Part shown: in pieces, positions 7,803 through 15,892 of the stretch | How positions within the stretch are numbered: the first letter of the stretch is position 1 | How the letters are laid out: each line of letters begins with the position of its first letter | From: Akkermansia muciniphila ATCC BAA-835 | Lineage (GTDB): Bacteria; Verrucomicrobiota; Verrucomicrobiia; Verrucomicrobiales; Akkermansiaceae | Length of the DNA: 32,000 bases | Direction: 5' to 3' | Assembly (NCBI RefSeq): GCF_000020225.1 | Contig: NC_010655.1 | Coordinates: 570,001-602,000 of the forward strand | Translations under genes and position numbers: made by a program | The notes under the pieces: generated by a model | Seen by the model: only the letters and a program-made list of their open reading frames with translations | Database searches by the model: none | What the model was told of the DNA's origin: nothing

Positions 7803-10061
7803 CTATCCCTCCTTTTCCGTCCTGATATTAACGCGCCGCTGCAAGAGAGCCGCCACAAGCAGAAACAGAGCAGTTCCCCCCATCATGCTGTAATACCATT
7901 CACGGTAAGGCGTATGGTACTGCAGGAGGATTTCCGTCTGCTGTTCCGAATCCGGAACAGAAACAAGAATAGAATAGCGCTCAGTACTGGATAAAGGAAG
8001 CTCTTCCCCCTTCCCGGTGCGGGCGCTCCATCCCCTGGAATAGCTCTCAAGAACAGACAATTCCTTTGTTCCTGGCGGCACGGTGACATGGATCTTATTA
8101 TTCGTTCTCCAATCCGGAACAACAGGAGAAAAATGATTCTCTTCCCCCTGGGTTCGGACAAAATAGCGTCCACGGTACAAGGGATTTTCCAGCAAGAAGA
8201 AATCTTCCGTTTCCTGAACCAGATTCCACCCGTCAAAAGACGGCCTTCCGGCTTTGGCATCACACAACAAATGAGAAATGCCGGCCATGGCATAATCTTT
8301 CGGATAATAATGTCCATCCGACAAAGGTCTCAGATATCTGGGCTGCACCGTTTCATAACCTGAGGCCAGCCTTATTCCATATGTGGATAAATGATTAGTA
8401 CATAAAAAATCCAAGTCATTATGAGGATTGACGATAACAACGGCACCATCCCCCACATGTCCGCGAAACTCGGACATCCATTCCGGTTCTTTATAAAGAT
8501 AGCCGCTTTCCGGTTTGTCGGAATAGGCAATCCATGAAGAAGAAAACACTATTTGTTCCCCAAAGGTACATAATACCACAAGTCCTGCCCACCACTTCGG
8601 ATAACGGCTGGATATATTCAGGCGGGAACAGGCCCAGCCCCCTACGCTGACCAGTAAAATCAATAAGGCATTGCGCCAATCCCAAATCATCAGCTGGTCC
8701 AGGAGACGCTCGCTTCTGAGCAAATACCAGGAATGACGGTATTTTTGCTGAGAAGTCGTTATGTTTCCGTCAATAAAGCTATGCAATTTTAACAGCAATG
8801 GTTCATGGAAACACTGAACTGCCACCGATACGGCAAGCCATATACACAAAATTCCAATTCCCCACCATGCAAGTCTGCGCCAGATAGGAAGAACCGGATG
8901 CCGCCTAAGGTCAAATAACTGCCATCCGGCAAGCCAGCTCATTCCAAAAGCCATCACAACCGTGGAACGTGAATAGAGGAAAGTGGAAAGAGGTGTGCAT
9001 GAAACAATTAAACTGACAAGAAAACAAAACTTGGCGGTCAACGGTGCCCGGCGGTTAAACAATGCCAGAACAGCCAGCACAAAAACAACTCCTCCACCAA
9101 ATTTGATATCGAATAAATCAGCGCCAATCACTTTGGAAATACTGATTGTCTGAGGAATGCCGAAGAGCGTCGGCATCACAGATGTGGCCAGAAAAGGAAT
9201 ATTTTCCAGCCCCCAGACAAACGGCAAGCTTTTACAGCCTTCCATGCGCGGCAGGGTGTCCACAAAAACATCCAAGGAAAGCAACGCCGCCAAAAATCCG
9301 GAGATCAAATAAAAAGATGATGATTTCAGAAAAACTTTCCAGGACCAGCGGTCTGCCCGTTTCCACCAATCCGCAAGAAACACGCACAGCACCAAAAGAA
9401 AAACAAAGAGACACGCTTGCAAATGGCCTCCTCTGAATCCGAGAACAATAAAGAGAATAGAGGGAAGATGCACCCATTTGTTTTTCCTTCTCCCTTCCAA
9501 CAGGGACCAGACAATCAACGGCGCCCAGATTATTCCACCAAGCCACCGGTCATATATCCACATAATAAACTGGGAATAAAAACTGAAACTCACAGCTCCC
9601 AGCAATACGTACGGAATAGGAATTCCCCTGGATTTCAGTAGAATGATCATCCCCAGCCCTGCGATAAAAAACTGCAGCAAGATTCCCGCATCCCATGCCG
9701 TCCAGAAAGGAAGAAAACCAAATAACCAATGATGCCAATCCCCCGGGCTTAACATGGTATTTTCCGGCAGTGAAGTCCCATTGTGAGTATAAGGGTTCCA
9801 TCCCATATACCCATCACTTTGCCAGGACTGCTGCATCGCCCAGCTATAAGGTAAATATTGAGAAGCCCCATCTACGTTATATTGGTTATGGACTTCCTCC
9901 ATTGGCTGAGTTGCGAATGGTTTGAACAGGCATTCCACACAATCCACCGGGGCTAAAACCTTTCCTCCAAACACGGCAGGAGCAAAAAAAAGCAGTACAA
10001 GTACTGCCCAAATTATTATCCCCCACCACAAGGGAATTTTTCTATTTTTTTTACAATTCAT
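7803..10061 (-). CDS. Large polytopic membrane protein, YfhO-like (GT-C-type glycosyltransferase candidate)
   Basis: 752 aa: an N-terminal TM helix, an extracytoplasmic loop with ...NVDGASQYLPYSW..., many further TM segments, and a soluble C-terminal ~200 aa ending in a last TM. The architecture resembles the YfhO family. The family call is from memory. Confidence 0.6.
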   Translation of the reverse strand: MNCKKNRKIPLWWGIIIWAVLVLLFFAPAVFGGKVLAPVDCVECLFKPFATQPMEEVHNQYNVDGASQYLPYSWAMQQSWQSDGYMGWNPYTHNGTSLPENTMLSPGDWHHWLFGFLPFWTAWDAGILLQFFIAGLGMIILLKSRGIPIPYVLLGAVSFSFYSQFIMWIYDRWLGGIIWAPLIVWSLLEGRRKNKWVHLPSILFIVLGFRGGHLQACLFVFLLVLCVFLADWWKRADRWSWKVFLKSSSFYLISGFLAALLSLDVFVDTLPRMEGCKSLPFVWGLENIPFLATSVMPTLFGIPQTISISKVIGADLFDIKFGGGVVFVLAVLALFNRRAPLTAKFCFLVSLIVSCTPLSTFLYSRSTVVMAFGMSWLAGWQLFDLRRHPVLPIWRRLAWWGIGILCIWLAVSVAVQCFHEPLLLKLHSFIDGNITTSQQKYRHSWYLLRSERLLDQLMIWDWRNALLILLVSVGGWACSRLNISSRYPKWWAGLVVLCTFGEQIVFSSSWIAYSDKPESGYLYKEPEWMSEFRGHVGDGAVVIVNPHNDLDFLCTNHLSTYGIRLASGYETVQPRYLRPLSDGHYYPKDYAMAGISHLLCDAKAGRPSFDGWNLVQETEDFFLLENPLYRGRYFVRTQGEENHFSPVVPDWRTNNKIHVTVPPGTKELSVLESYSRGWSARTGKGEELPLSSTERYSILVSVPDSEQQTEILLQYHTPYREWYYSMMGGTALFLLVAALLQRRVNIRTEKEG

Positions 10062-10215
10062 TTATAATAAAAATCTGACATTGGCTCCTCATGCATCCCC
10101 AAAGAAAATTCCTGTAAATTAACGAATGAATTTCTCCACAGAATTGTTAAAACCGGCATCCATCGTTCTCCTTCAGCCCTGAAATTAAACCAATGAATCG
10201 GAACGCCTTTTTCTA

Positions 10216-10231
10216 GCGGATTTACAATCCG
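10216..10231. repeat. 16-nt near-palindrome GCGGATT-TAC-AATCCG (copy 1)
   Basis: Read directly. It is the exact reverse complement of 10499-10514. Confidence 0.8.
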
Positions 10232-10498
10232 TTACGGACAGTAAAAGAAAAAAACTCTTGTTCTCAGGGAAAGTGCCGCTCTTTATACGGTTATTGAAAC
10301 GTGACTCCGCTTCAACATGCAACGAACTCTATAAAAGAGGGTTTGCCAAAATTCTACTTCAGGCCCGGATATCGTAGCAATTTCCCGTATTCCCGTCACC
10401 AGGGTGGGCCCAGGCAAATTTCTGTGCTACGTAAGAGGCCCTGATACGTAAAGAAACGATGTTGCAAGTTCTTTTCTCTTAGAGTTACAGCTTGACTC

Positions 10499-10514
10499 CG
10501 GATTGTAAATCCGC
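10499..10514. repeat. 16-nt near-palindrome CGGATT-GTA-AATCCGC (copy 2, inverted relative to copy 1)
   Basis: Read directly. It is the exact reverse complement of 10216-10231, 283 nt away. Confidence 0.8.
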
Positions 10515-10766
10515 CCACCTTCTCAAGAAAGCACTATTTCATTGAAAAATGCTTCACCCAGAATTATTTTCATCCTGAATTCCCAGTTAAGCATCTTAAG
10601 AAAAGCATCAAAAAATCTGGCCGGAATGATATGAAATAGCCTTGCAGCCGGTTTATGACCTGTCCGACAAGCAAATTGCTGCCACAAATATTTATGATTC
10701 ATCATTCCATATAAAAATATAAATAAAAAGGAACCGGACAAACAGGAACGGCGCGAATAAATAAAT

Positions 10767-10791
10767 AATCCGAAATAAAAGGAATCCGAAA
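10767..10791 (+). repeat. Direct repeat AATCCGAAA (10767-10775 and 10783-10791), sharing the AATCCG half-site of the upstream palindromes. A tandem CATCCGG x2 follows at 10812-10825.
   Basis: Read directly, about 100 nt upstream of the sulfatase start. Confidence 0.7.
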
Positions 10792-10885
10792 GGCTCACCC
10801 TGTGAGCATCTCATCCGGCATCCGGTAAGGAAAACGAAACTATTTTTTGAAACAAGGAAGAGTGTTTCTCCGTTATTATTACCGT

Positions 10886-12388
10886 ATGGTCACATTTTAC
10901 AATATCACTCTCTCTACCGCCTTTTCCCTGCTGATGCTGTCCGTGGCGGAAGCGGCACGGCCCAATGTGGTTCTCATCAATGCGGATGACCTTGGCTGGG
11001 CGGAAGTGGGCTGCTACGGCCAGAAAAAAATTAAAACCCCGAACATTGACAAGCTGGCCTCCGAAGGACAGCGATGGGTTTATTTCTATTCCGGAGCTCC
11101 GGTTTGTTCCCCTTCCCGCAATGTGCTGATGACGGGCAAGCATACGGGCAACTGCGACGTACAGGATTTGAAACGCGTGGACGCGGGCGAAAACTGGCGC
11201 GACCTCAAAGGAGACTGGCCCATCAGAACGGAAACCTACACTCTACCGGAAGCCATGAAAAAAGCCGGTTACGCCACAGCGGTGTTCGGTAAATGGGGTA
11301 TTGGGGATTTCGGTTCCACCGGAGCGCCGGACAAACACGGCGTGGACAGGTTCTATGGCTACACGGACCAGAAAGCCTGCCACACCTACTATCCTCCATA
11401 CCTCTGGAATGACGGAAAGAAGGAAGTTCTCAACACTTCCCTGACAGCCGCCACTATCGGACACGGTTCCCAGCCCAAAGGGGAAGTTCTGGCGGACACC
11501 TACCGCGCGGAACAACACAGTTCCGATCTTATTGCGGATAAAATGCTGGAATTTGTGAAGGAAAAGGCCCATGGCAAACAACCGTTTTTCCTGTATTACG
11601 CCCCGCTGGAACCCCATGTGGCCATGCAGCCTCTTCAGGAATGGATTGACCGCTATCCCCGCGAATGGGACAAATCCCCCTACCGCGGCAACCGGGGCTA
11701 TCTGCCCCATCCCCGCCCCCGGGCCGCCTATGCAGGCATGATTTCCCAGATGGACCACAACGTAGGACGCCTGCTGGACACGCTGAAAGCCTGTGGCCTG
11801 GACAAAAATACCATCGTCATTTTTACCAGCGACAACGGCACCACGCATGATGCAGGGGGGGTGGACCACCGGTTCTTCAACTCCGTAGCCGATCTCAAAG
11901 GTTTGAAAGGGCAGCTTTATGAAGGCGGTATACGTGTCCCCGGCATTATCCGCTGGCCTGGGAAAATAGCCCCGGGAAAAACCATCACCCAGCCGGCCTT
12001 CCATGCGGACGTGATGCCTACACTGTGCGCTCTGACAGGAGCGGATGCAGGTTCTCCGCTGGGAACGGACCTCTCCCCTGTCCTTCTGGGCAAAAAATCC
12101 GCTCTGCATGACAGGAAGCCCCTGGTCTGGGCAGGGGGAGGCTACGGCGGCCAGGTAGCCGTGCGTTTCGACTCCAAGAAAGTCATCCGCCGCAACCTGT
12201 TTCCCGGTAAAAAACCGGACAACTGGGAAGTGTACGATATCGTGAAAGACCCCGCAGAGAAAAATAATATCGCCGCAGAAAACCGTGACCTTATCAACAG
12301 AGCCATCGCCATTCTGGACAGGGAATATCAACCCGCGCCCGGCTTCCAGGCCCTGCGTTACAAGGCCCCGGAACAGGTAGCCGAATAA
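10886..12388 (+). CDS. Secreted Cys-type sulfatase (arylsulfatase A / GalNAc-6-sulfatase-like)
   Basis: Signal peptide MVTFYNITLSTAFSLLMLSVAEA, then PNVVLINADDLGW and the formylglycine motif CSPSR (APVCSPSRNVLMTGK). The track ORF starts at a TTG (10847), so I use the ATG at 10886. Confidence 0.9.
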   Translation: MVTFYNITLSTAFSLLMLSVAEAARPNVVLINADDLGWAEVGCYGQKKIKTPNIDKLASEGQRWVYFYSGAPVCSPSRNVLMTGKHTGNCDVQDLKRVDAGENWRDLKGDWPIRTETYTLPEAMKKAGYATAVFGKWGIGDFGSTGAPDKHGVDRFYGYTDQKACHTYYPPYLWNDGKKEVLNTSLTAATIGHGSQPKGEVLADTYRAEQHSSDLIADKMLEFVKEKAHGKQPFFLYYAPLEPHVAMQPLQEWIDRYPREWDKSPYRGNRGYLPHPRPRAAYAGMISQMDHNVGRLLDTLKACGLDKNTIVIFTSDNGTTHDAGGVDHRFFNSVADLKGLKGQLYEGGIRVPGIIRWPGKIAPGKTITQPAFHADVMPTLCALTGADAGSPLGTDLSPVLLGKKSALHDRKPLVWAGGGYGGQVAVRFDSKKVIRRNLFPGKKPDNWEVYDIVKDPAEKNNIAAENRDLINRAIAILDREYQPAPGFQALRYKAPEQVAE

Positions 12389-12472
12389 GAGAACGGGAAA
12401 GAAGGTTCCACGATCCGCCTCCTTCGCCATTCTGACCTTGACGTGAACGGAGCCGGGGTTAGTCTTTCACGC

Positions 12473-13438
12473 ATGAGTTTGACATCATCCCTCCTTTCCA
12501 GGGTGCTCGGAGGCGGTTCCTGCTCCAGAGAAGAATTGATAGCCCTCAGCCGGGAACCGCTGGAAGAATTGTGCCAGGCGGCCAACGCCATCCGGGAACA
12601 TTTTTGCGGGAATGTCTTCGACCTCTGCACCATCATCAACGGCCGCAGCGGCAAATGTTCGGAAAACTGCAAATACTGCGCCCAGTCCGCCCATTACTCC
12701 ACGGCAGTGGAGGAATATCCCCTTTTAAGTGATGAAGCCCTCCTGGCGGGGGCCAGGTACAATGACGCACGTGGCATTCTGCGCTACTCCATCGTCACCT
12801 CCGGCAAGAGGCTGACGGATGAAGACGTGGACCGGCTCTGCGCCAGTTACCGGCACATCGCCGAACATTGCGGCATCTCCCTCTGCGCCTCCCACGGCCT
12901 TATTTCCAAGAAACACTGCGAGCAATTGAAAGCCGCAGGCGTTTCACGCTACCACAATAATCTGGAAACTTCCCGCCGCAATTTCCCTAATGTCTGCACC
13001 ACCCATACGTACGACGACAAACTGCAAACCATCAAATGGGCTCTGGAAGCCGGGCTGGAAGTTTGCAGCGGCGGCATTATGGGGCTTGGAGAGACTATGG
13101 AAGACCGGATAGACATGTACATGGACATCGCGGCGCTGGGCATCAAATCCATGCCCGTCAACTTTCTGACCCCCATCCCCGGAACGCCGTACGCGGACAT
13201 GACCCCCCTGGGAGAAGAAGAACAGCTGCGTATCGTGGCCCTGGTGCGGTTCATCATGCCGGACGGCTTCGTCCGCATCGCCGCCGGCAGGAATACCATG
13301 AAGGACCACGGCAGGAAAATCTTCATGTCCGGAGCGAATGCCGCCATCTCCGGAGATATGCTTACCACCGCCGGCGTCACCATCCGGGAAGACCTGGCCA
13401 TGCTGGCGGAACTGGGATATGAAGTCCGCATGAAATAA
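12473..13438 (+). CDS. bioB: Biotin synthase
   Basis: Radical-SAM cluster motif CSENCKYC, followed by YNHNLET-like YHNNLETS and the GxIxGxGE-like GGIMGLGET. It sits adjacent to bioA. The track ORF begins at a GTG (12443), and the ATG at 12473 is preferred. Confidence 0.9.
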   Translation: MSLTSSLLSRVLGGGSCSREELIALSREPLEELCQAANAIREHFCGNVFDLCTIINGRSGKCSENCKYCAQSAHYSTAVEEYPLLSDEALLAGARYNDARGILRYSIVTSGKRLTDEDVDRLCASYRHIAEHCGISLCASHGLISKKHCEQLKAAGVSRYHNNLETSRRNFPNVCTTHTYDDKLQTIKWALEAGLEVCSGGIMGLGETMEDRIDMYMDIAALGIKSMPVNFLTPIPGTPYADMTPLGEEEQLRIVALVRFIMPDGFVRIAAGRNTMKDHGRKIFMSGANAAISGDMLTTAGVTIREDLAMLAELGYEVRMK

Positions 13439-13466
13439 GGTCCGTCCCATTTTCGCGCCCTTTGCC

Positions 13467-14816
13467 ATGAATCACTCCGACTGGTCAAAAAAAGATCTGG
13501 AATACATCTGGCATCCCTGTTCCCAGATGAAGGATTACGAAACGCTGCCTCCTATCGTGGTCGACCACGGAAAAGGCGTCAACCTGTATGATGTGGACGG
13601 GAAACGCTATCTGGATGTGGTCAGCTCCTGGTGGTGCAACCTGCTGGGCCATTCCCACCCCAAAATCAACCGTGCCATCAAGGAACAGCTTGATTCCCTG
13701 GAGCATGTCATCTTCGCCAACTTCTCACACAGGCCGGCTATCACTCTGTGTGAAGAACTGATGAAGAAAATTCCGCGGGGGCTCTGCAAATTCAATTTCT
13801 CGGATAACGGTTCGGCATCCATCGAATCCGCCATGAAAATGAGTTTCCAATACCACTACCAGACCGGAAACCGTCAGAAAGTACGTTTCATGTCCCTGAG
13901 CGACGCCTACCACGGAGAAACCCTGGGAGCCCTCTCCGCAGGAGGCCTGGACCTTTATTCGGAACTCTACAAACCTCTTCTGCTGGACATCGTGCGCATT
14001 CCCGCTCCGGATTGCTACCGCTGCCCCAAGGGGAACAAACGCGGCTGCTGCCAGGCGGAATGCATTGACGCGGCACAGGAGGCCTTTGCGCGCCATGGGG
14101 ACGAATGCGCCGCCCTGCTGGTGGAACCCCTGCTCCAGGGCTCCGCAGGCATGCGGATGTATCCTCCCGCTTATCTGGCGAAACTGCGTTCCCTGTGCGA
14201 CGCCTACAACGTGCACCTCATTGCAGATGAAATCGCCACCGGTTTTGGCCGCACGGGGAGCATGTTCGCCTGCGACCAGGCCGGCGTTTCCCCGGACATC
14301 ATGTGCGTCTCCAAAGGGCTCACGGGCGGCTATATGCCCATGTCCATCACCATCACCACGCAGAAAATTTACGATGCCTTTTATGCGGACTACAGGGAAG
14401 GAAAAGCATTCATGCACAGCCATACCTATTCCGGCAATCCGCTGGGGTGCTCCACAGCTCTCGCCGTGCTGAAGGTCCTGGACGAGGAACACATTATTCC
14501 CCGGGCGCAGGAAAAAGCCCCTCTTTTCCGCCAGATGATCGTGGAGGCCCTGGGGGATCATCCCCACGTGGGGGAAATACGCAGCCTGGGCCTGGTGAAC
14601 GCCATTGAACTGGTGGAGAACAGGGAAACCAAAAAAAGCTTTCCGTCCGAGCAGAGGCTGGGGTACCGGATTTACAGGGAAGCCCTTAAACAGGGACTTC
14701 TGCTTCGCCCCCTGGGCGACGTCCTGTATTTCAATCCCCCCCTCGTCATTTCTCCGGAGGAAATGGAGGAAGCCGTATCCATCTGCGCTTCCTGCATCCG
14801 CAAAGTGCTGGGATAA
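13467..14816 (+). CDS. bioA: Adenosylmethionine-8-amino-7-oxononanoate aminotransferase
   Basis: Class-III aminotransferase with IWHPCSQM, DEIATGFGRTG and PLP-lysine context SKGLTGGY. 449 aa, directly downstream of bioB. Confidence 0.9.
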   Translation: MNHSDWSKKDLEYIWHPCSQMKDYETLPPIVVDHGKGVNLYDVDGKRYLDVVSSWWCNLLGHSHPKINRAIKEQLDSLEHVIFANFSHRPAITLCEELMKKIPRGLCKFNFSDNGSASIESAMKMSFQYHYQTGNRQKVRFMSLSDAYHGETLGALSAGGLDLYSELYKPLLLDIVRIPAPDCYRCPKGNKRGCCQAECIDAAQEAFARHGDECAALLVEPLLQGSAGMRMYPPAYLAKLRSLCDAYNVHLIADEIATGFGRTGSMFACDQAGVSPDIMCVSKGLTGGYMPMSITITTQKIYDAFYADYREGKAFMHSHTYSGNPLGCSTALAVLKVLDEEHIIPRAQEKAPLFRQMIVEALGDHPHVGEIRSLGLVNAIELVENRETKKSFPSEQRLGYRIYREALKQGLLLRPLGDVLYFNPPLVISPEEMEEAVSICASCIRKVLG

Positions 14817-14904
14817 ATGTTCATCCGGCACAACAAGACGAACTGTTTTTTCTTGAAGAAGATTGTGAACCACCAATATAGTGCAATTATAATTTGACAA
14901 AAGC

Positions 14905-14948
14905 CGGGATGCGGCAGCTACAATACAGCCACCGCGCCCCGTTTTTTT
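14905..14948 (+). terminator. Rho-independent terminator of bioBA
   Basis: CGGGATGCGG (14905-14914) pairs with CCGCGCCCCG (14932-14941) with one mismatch and one G-U. The loop is 17 nt and TTTTTTT follows at 14942-14948. Confidence 0.65.
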
Positions 14949-14987
14949 ATGAGTGCAGATACCAAAATGTTACGCAATAGAACGGCA

Positions 14988-15002
14988 TTTTTTTTTGGGG
15001 GG
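14988..15002. repeat. Back-to-back homopolymers T9 G6 in an intergenic region
   Basis: Counted directly: T at 14988-14996, G at 14997-15002. Confidence 0.9.
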
Positions 15003-15229
15003 TAAAGGTATAAAACCTTATTGTCTTATTTCCCCGCCCGGGAAGCCCGCATAAATCAAGTTTTTTTCTCCCCTATCGCGTCACATTCGCCCGCTTTTTC
15101 CTCATGTGCTCGGCGTTATGTATGCGGGTGATCCCGTTGTAAGCACTTTTGAATTTTGAAGCATGGTATCAACAGGAGCTGCAAATACAATATTTCCGCA
15201 ATGAATTTGACAATAAAGGAGCAATGCTT

Positions 15230-15805
15230 ATGGAACCAGTCAATTTGTTGAAAGCTAAAAATCGTGATGAGTTAAGGCAATGGCTTGAACAGAATCATAA
15301 GACTGAAAAAGAATGCTGGGTTGTTGTAAAACGTGGTAAACCAAAAGGGAATAACACATTTTGGTATATTGACGCAGTAGAAGAAGCTATGTGTTTCGGC
15401 TGGATTGATAGTACAACAAAAAAACTCGATAATGGTATCACTGCACAAAAACTGGCTCCCCGCAGAACAGTTAGCTTATGGTCTGAACTAAATAAGGAAC
15501 GCTGCCGCAGGATGGAAAAATTAGGAAAAATGACGGAAGCCGGACGTTCTGCTTTACCCGATATGTCATCAGCAGGTTTTATCATAGATAAAGAAATTCT
15601 AAAAGCATTACAAACTGATAACGAAGTGTGGGAAAATTTTCTTAAATTTCCACCTCTTTATCAGAGGGTACGCATAGATACTATACAGATAAAAAAGAAA
15701 CAACCACAACTTTTTCAAAGAAGATTACAAAAGTTGCTTGAGAATACAAAAAAAGGAATAATGTACGGCGAATGGAATGATAATGGGCGATTATTAGACT
15801 ATTAG
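15230..15805 (+). CDS. YdeI/OmpD-associated family protein (low-GC, likely horizontally acquired)
   Basis: ...ELRQWLEQNHKTEKECWVVV...YIDAVEEAMCFGWIDSTTKKLDNG...LAPRRTVSLWSELNKERCRRMEKLGKMTEAG matches my memory of the YdeI family. AAGGAG at 15215-15220 favours the ATG at 15230 over the track start at 15149. Confidence 0.7.
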   Translation: MEPVNLLKAKNRDELRQWLEQNHKTEKECWVVVKRGKPKGNNTFWYIDAVEEAMCFGWIDSTTKKLDNGITAQKLAPRRTVSLWSELNKERCRRMEKLGKMTEAGRSALPDMSSAGFIIDKEILKALQTDNEVWENFLKFPPLYQRVRIDTIQIKKKQPQLFQRRLQKLLENTKKGIMYGEWNDNGRLLDY

Positions 15806-15892
15806 CTCCGGCAACCACGTTTTTTAAGACAAAAGATGCAACTTTTCTTCAGGACCGGGGTTTGTAAAGATACCTTGCAATCTCATACCACC

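Noticed and set aside
10216-10514. The two 16-nt palindromes read as tRNA anticodon arms (a GTA/Tyr-like loop in CCGGA-TTGTAAA-TCCG) or as terminal inverted repeats of a ~300-bp MITE.
   Set aside because: No acceptor, D-arm or T-arm (GGTTCGAATCC-like) sequences flank either copy, so neither is a tRNA. Each copy is itself a palindrome, so the inverted relationship is largely trivial. No target-site duplication flanks the pair, so a MITE is not supported.
10523-10798. A 91-aa minus ORF in the long intergenic region, considered as a small protein or a transposase remnant.
   Set aside because: It begins at a GTG in very AT-rich DNA and has odd composition. I could not match it to any transposase family from memory. 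It may still be a decayed gene fragment, but I cannot support a call.
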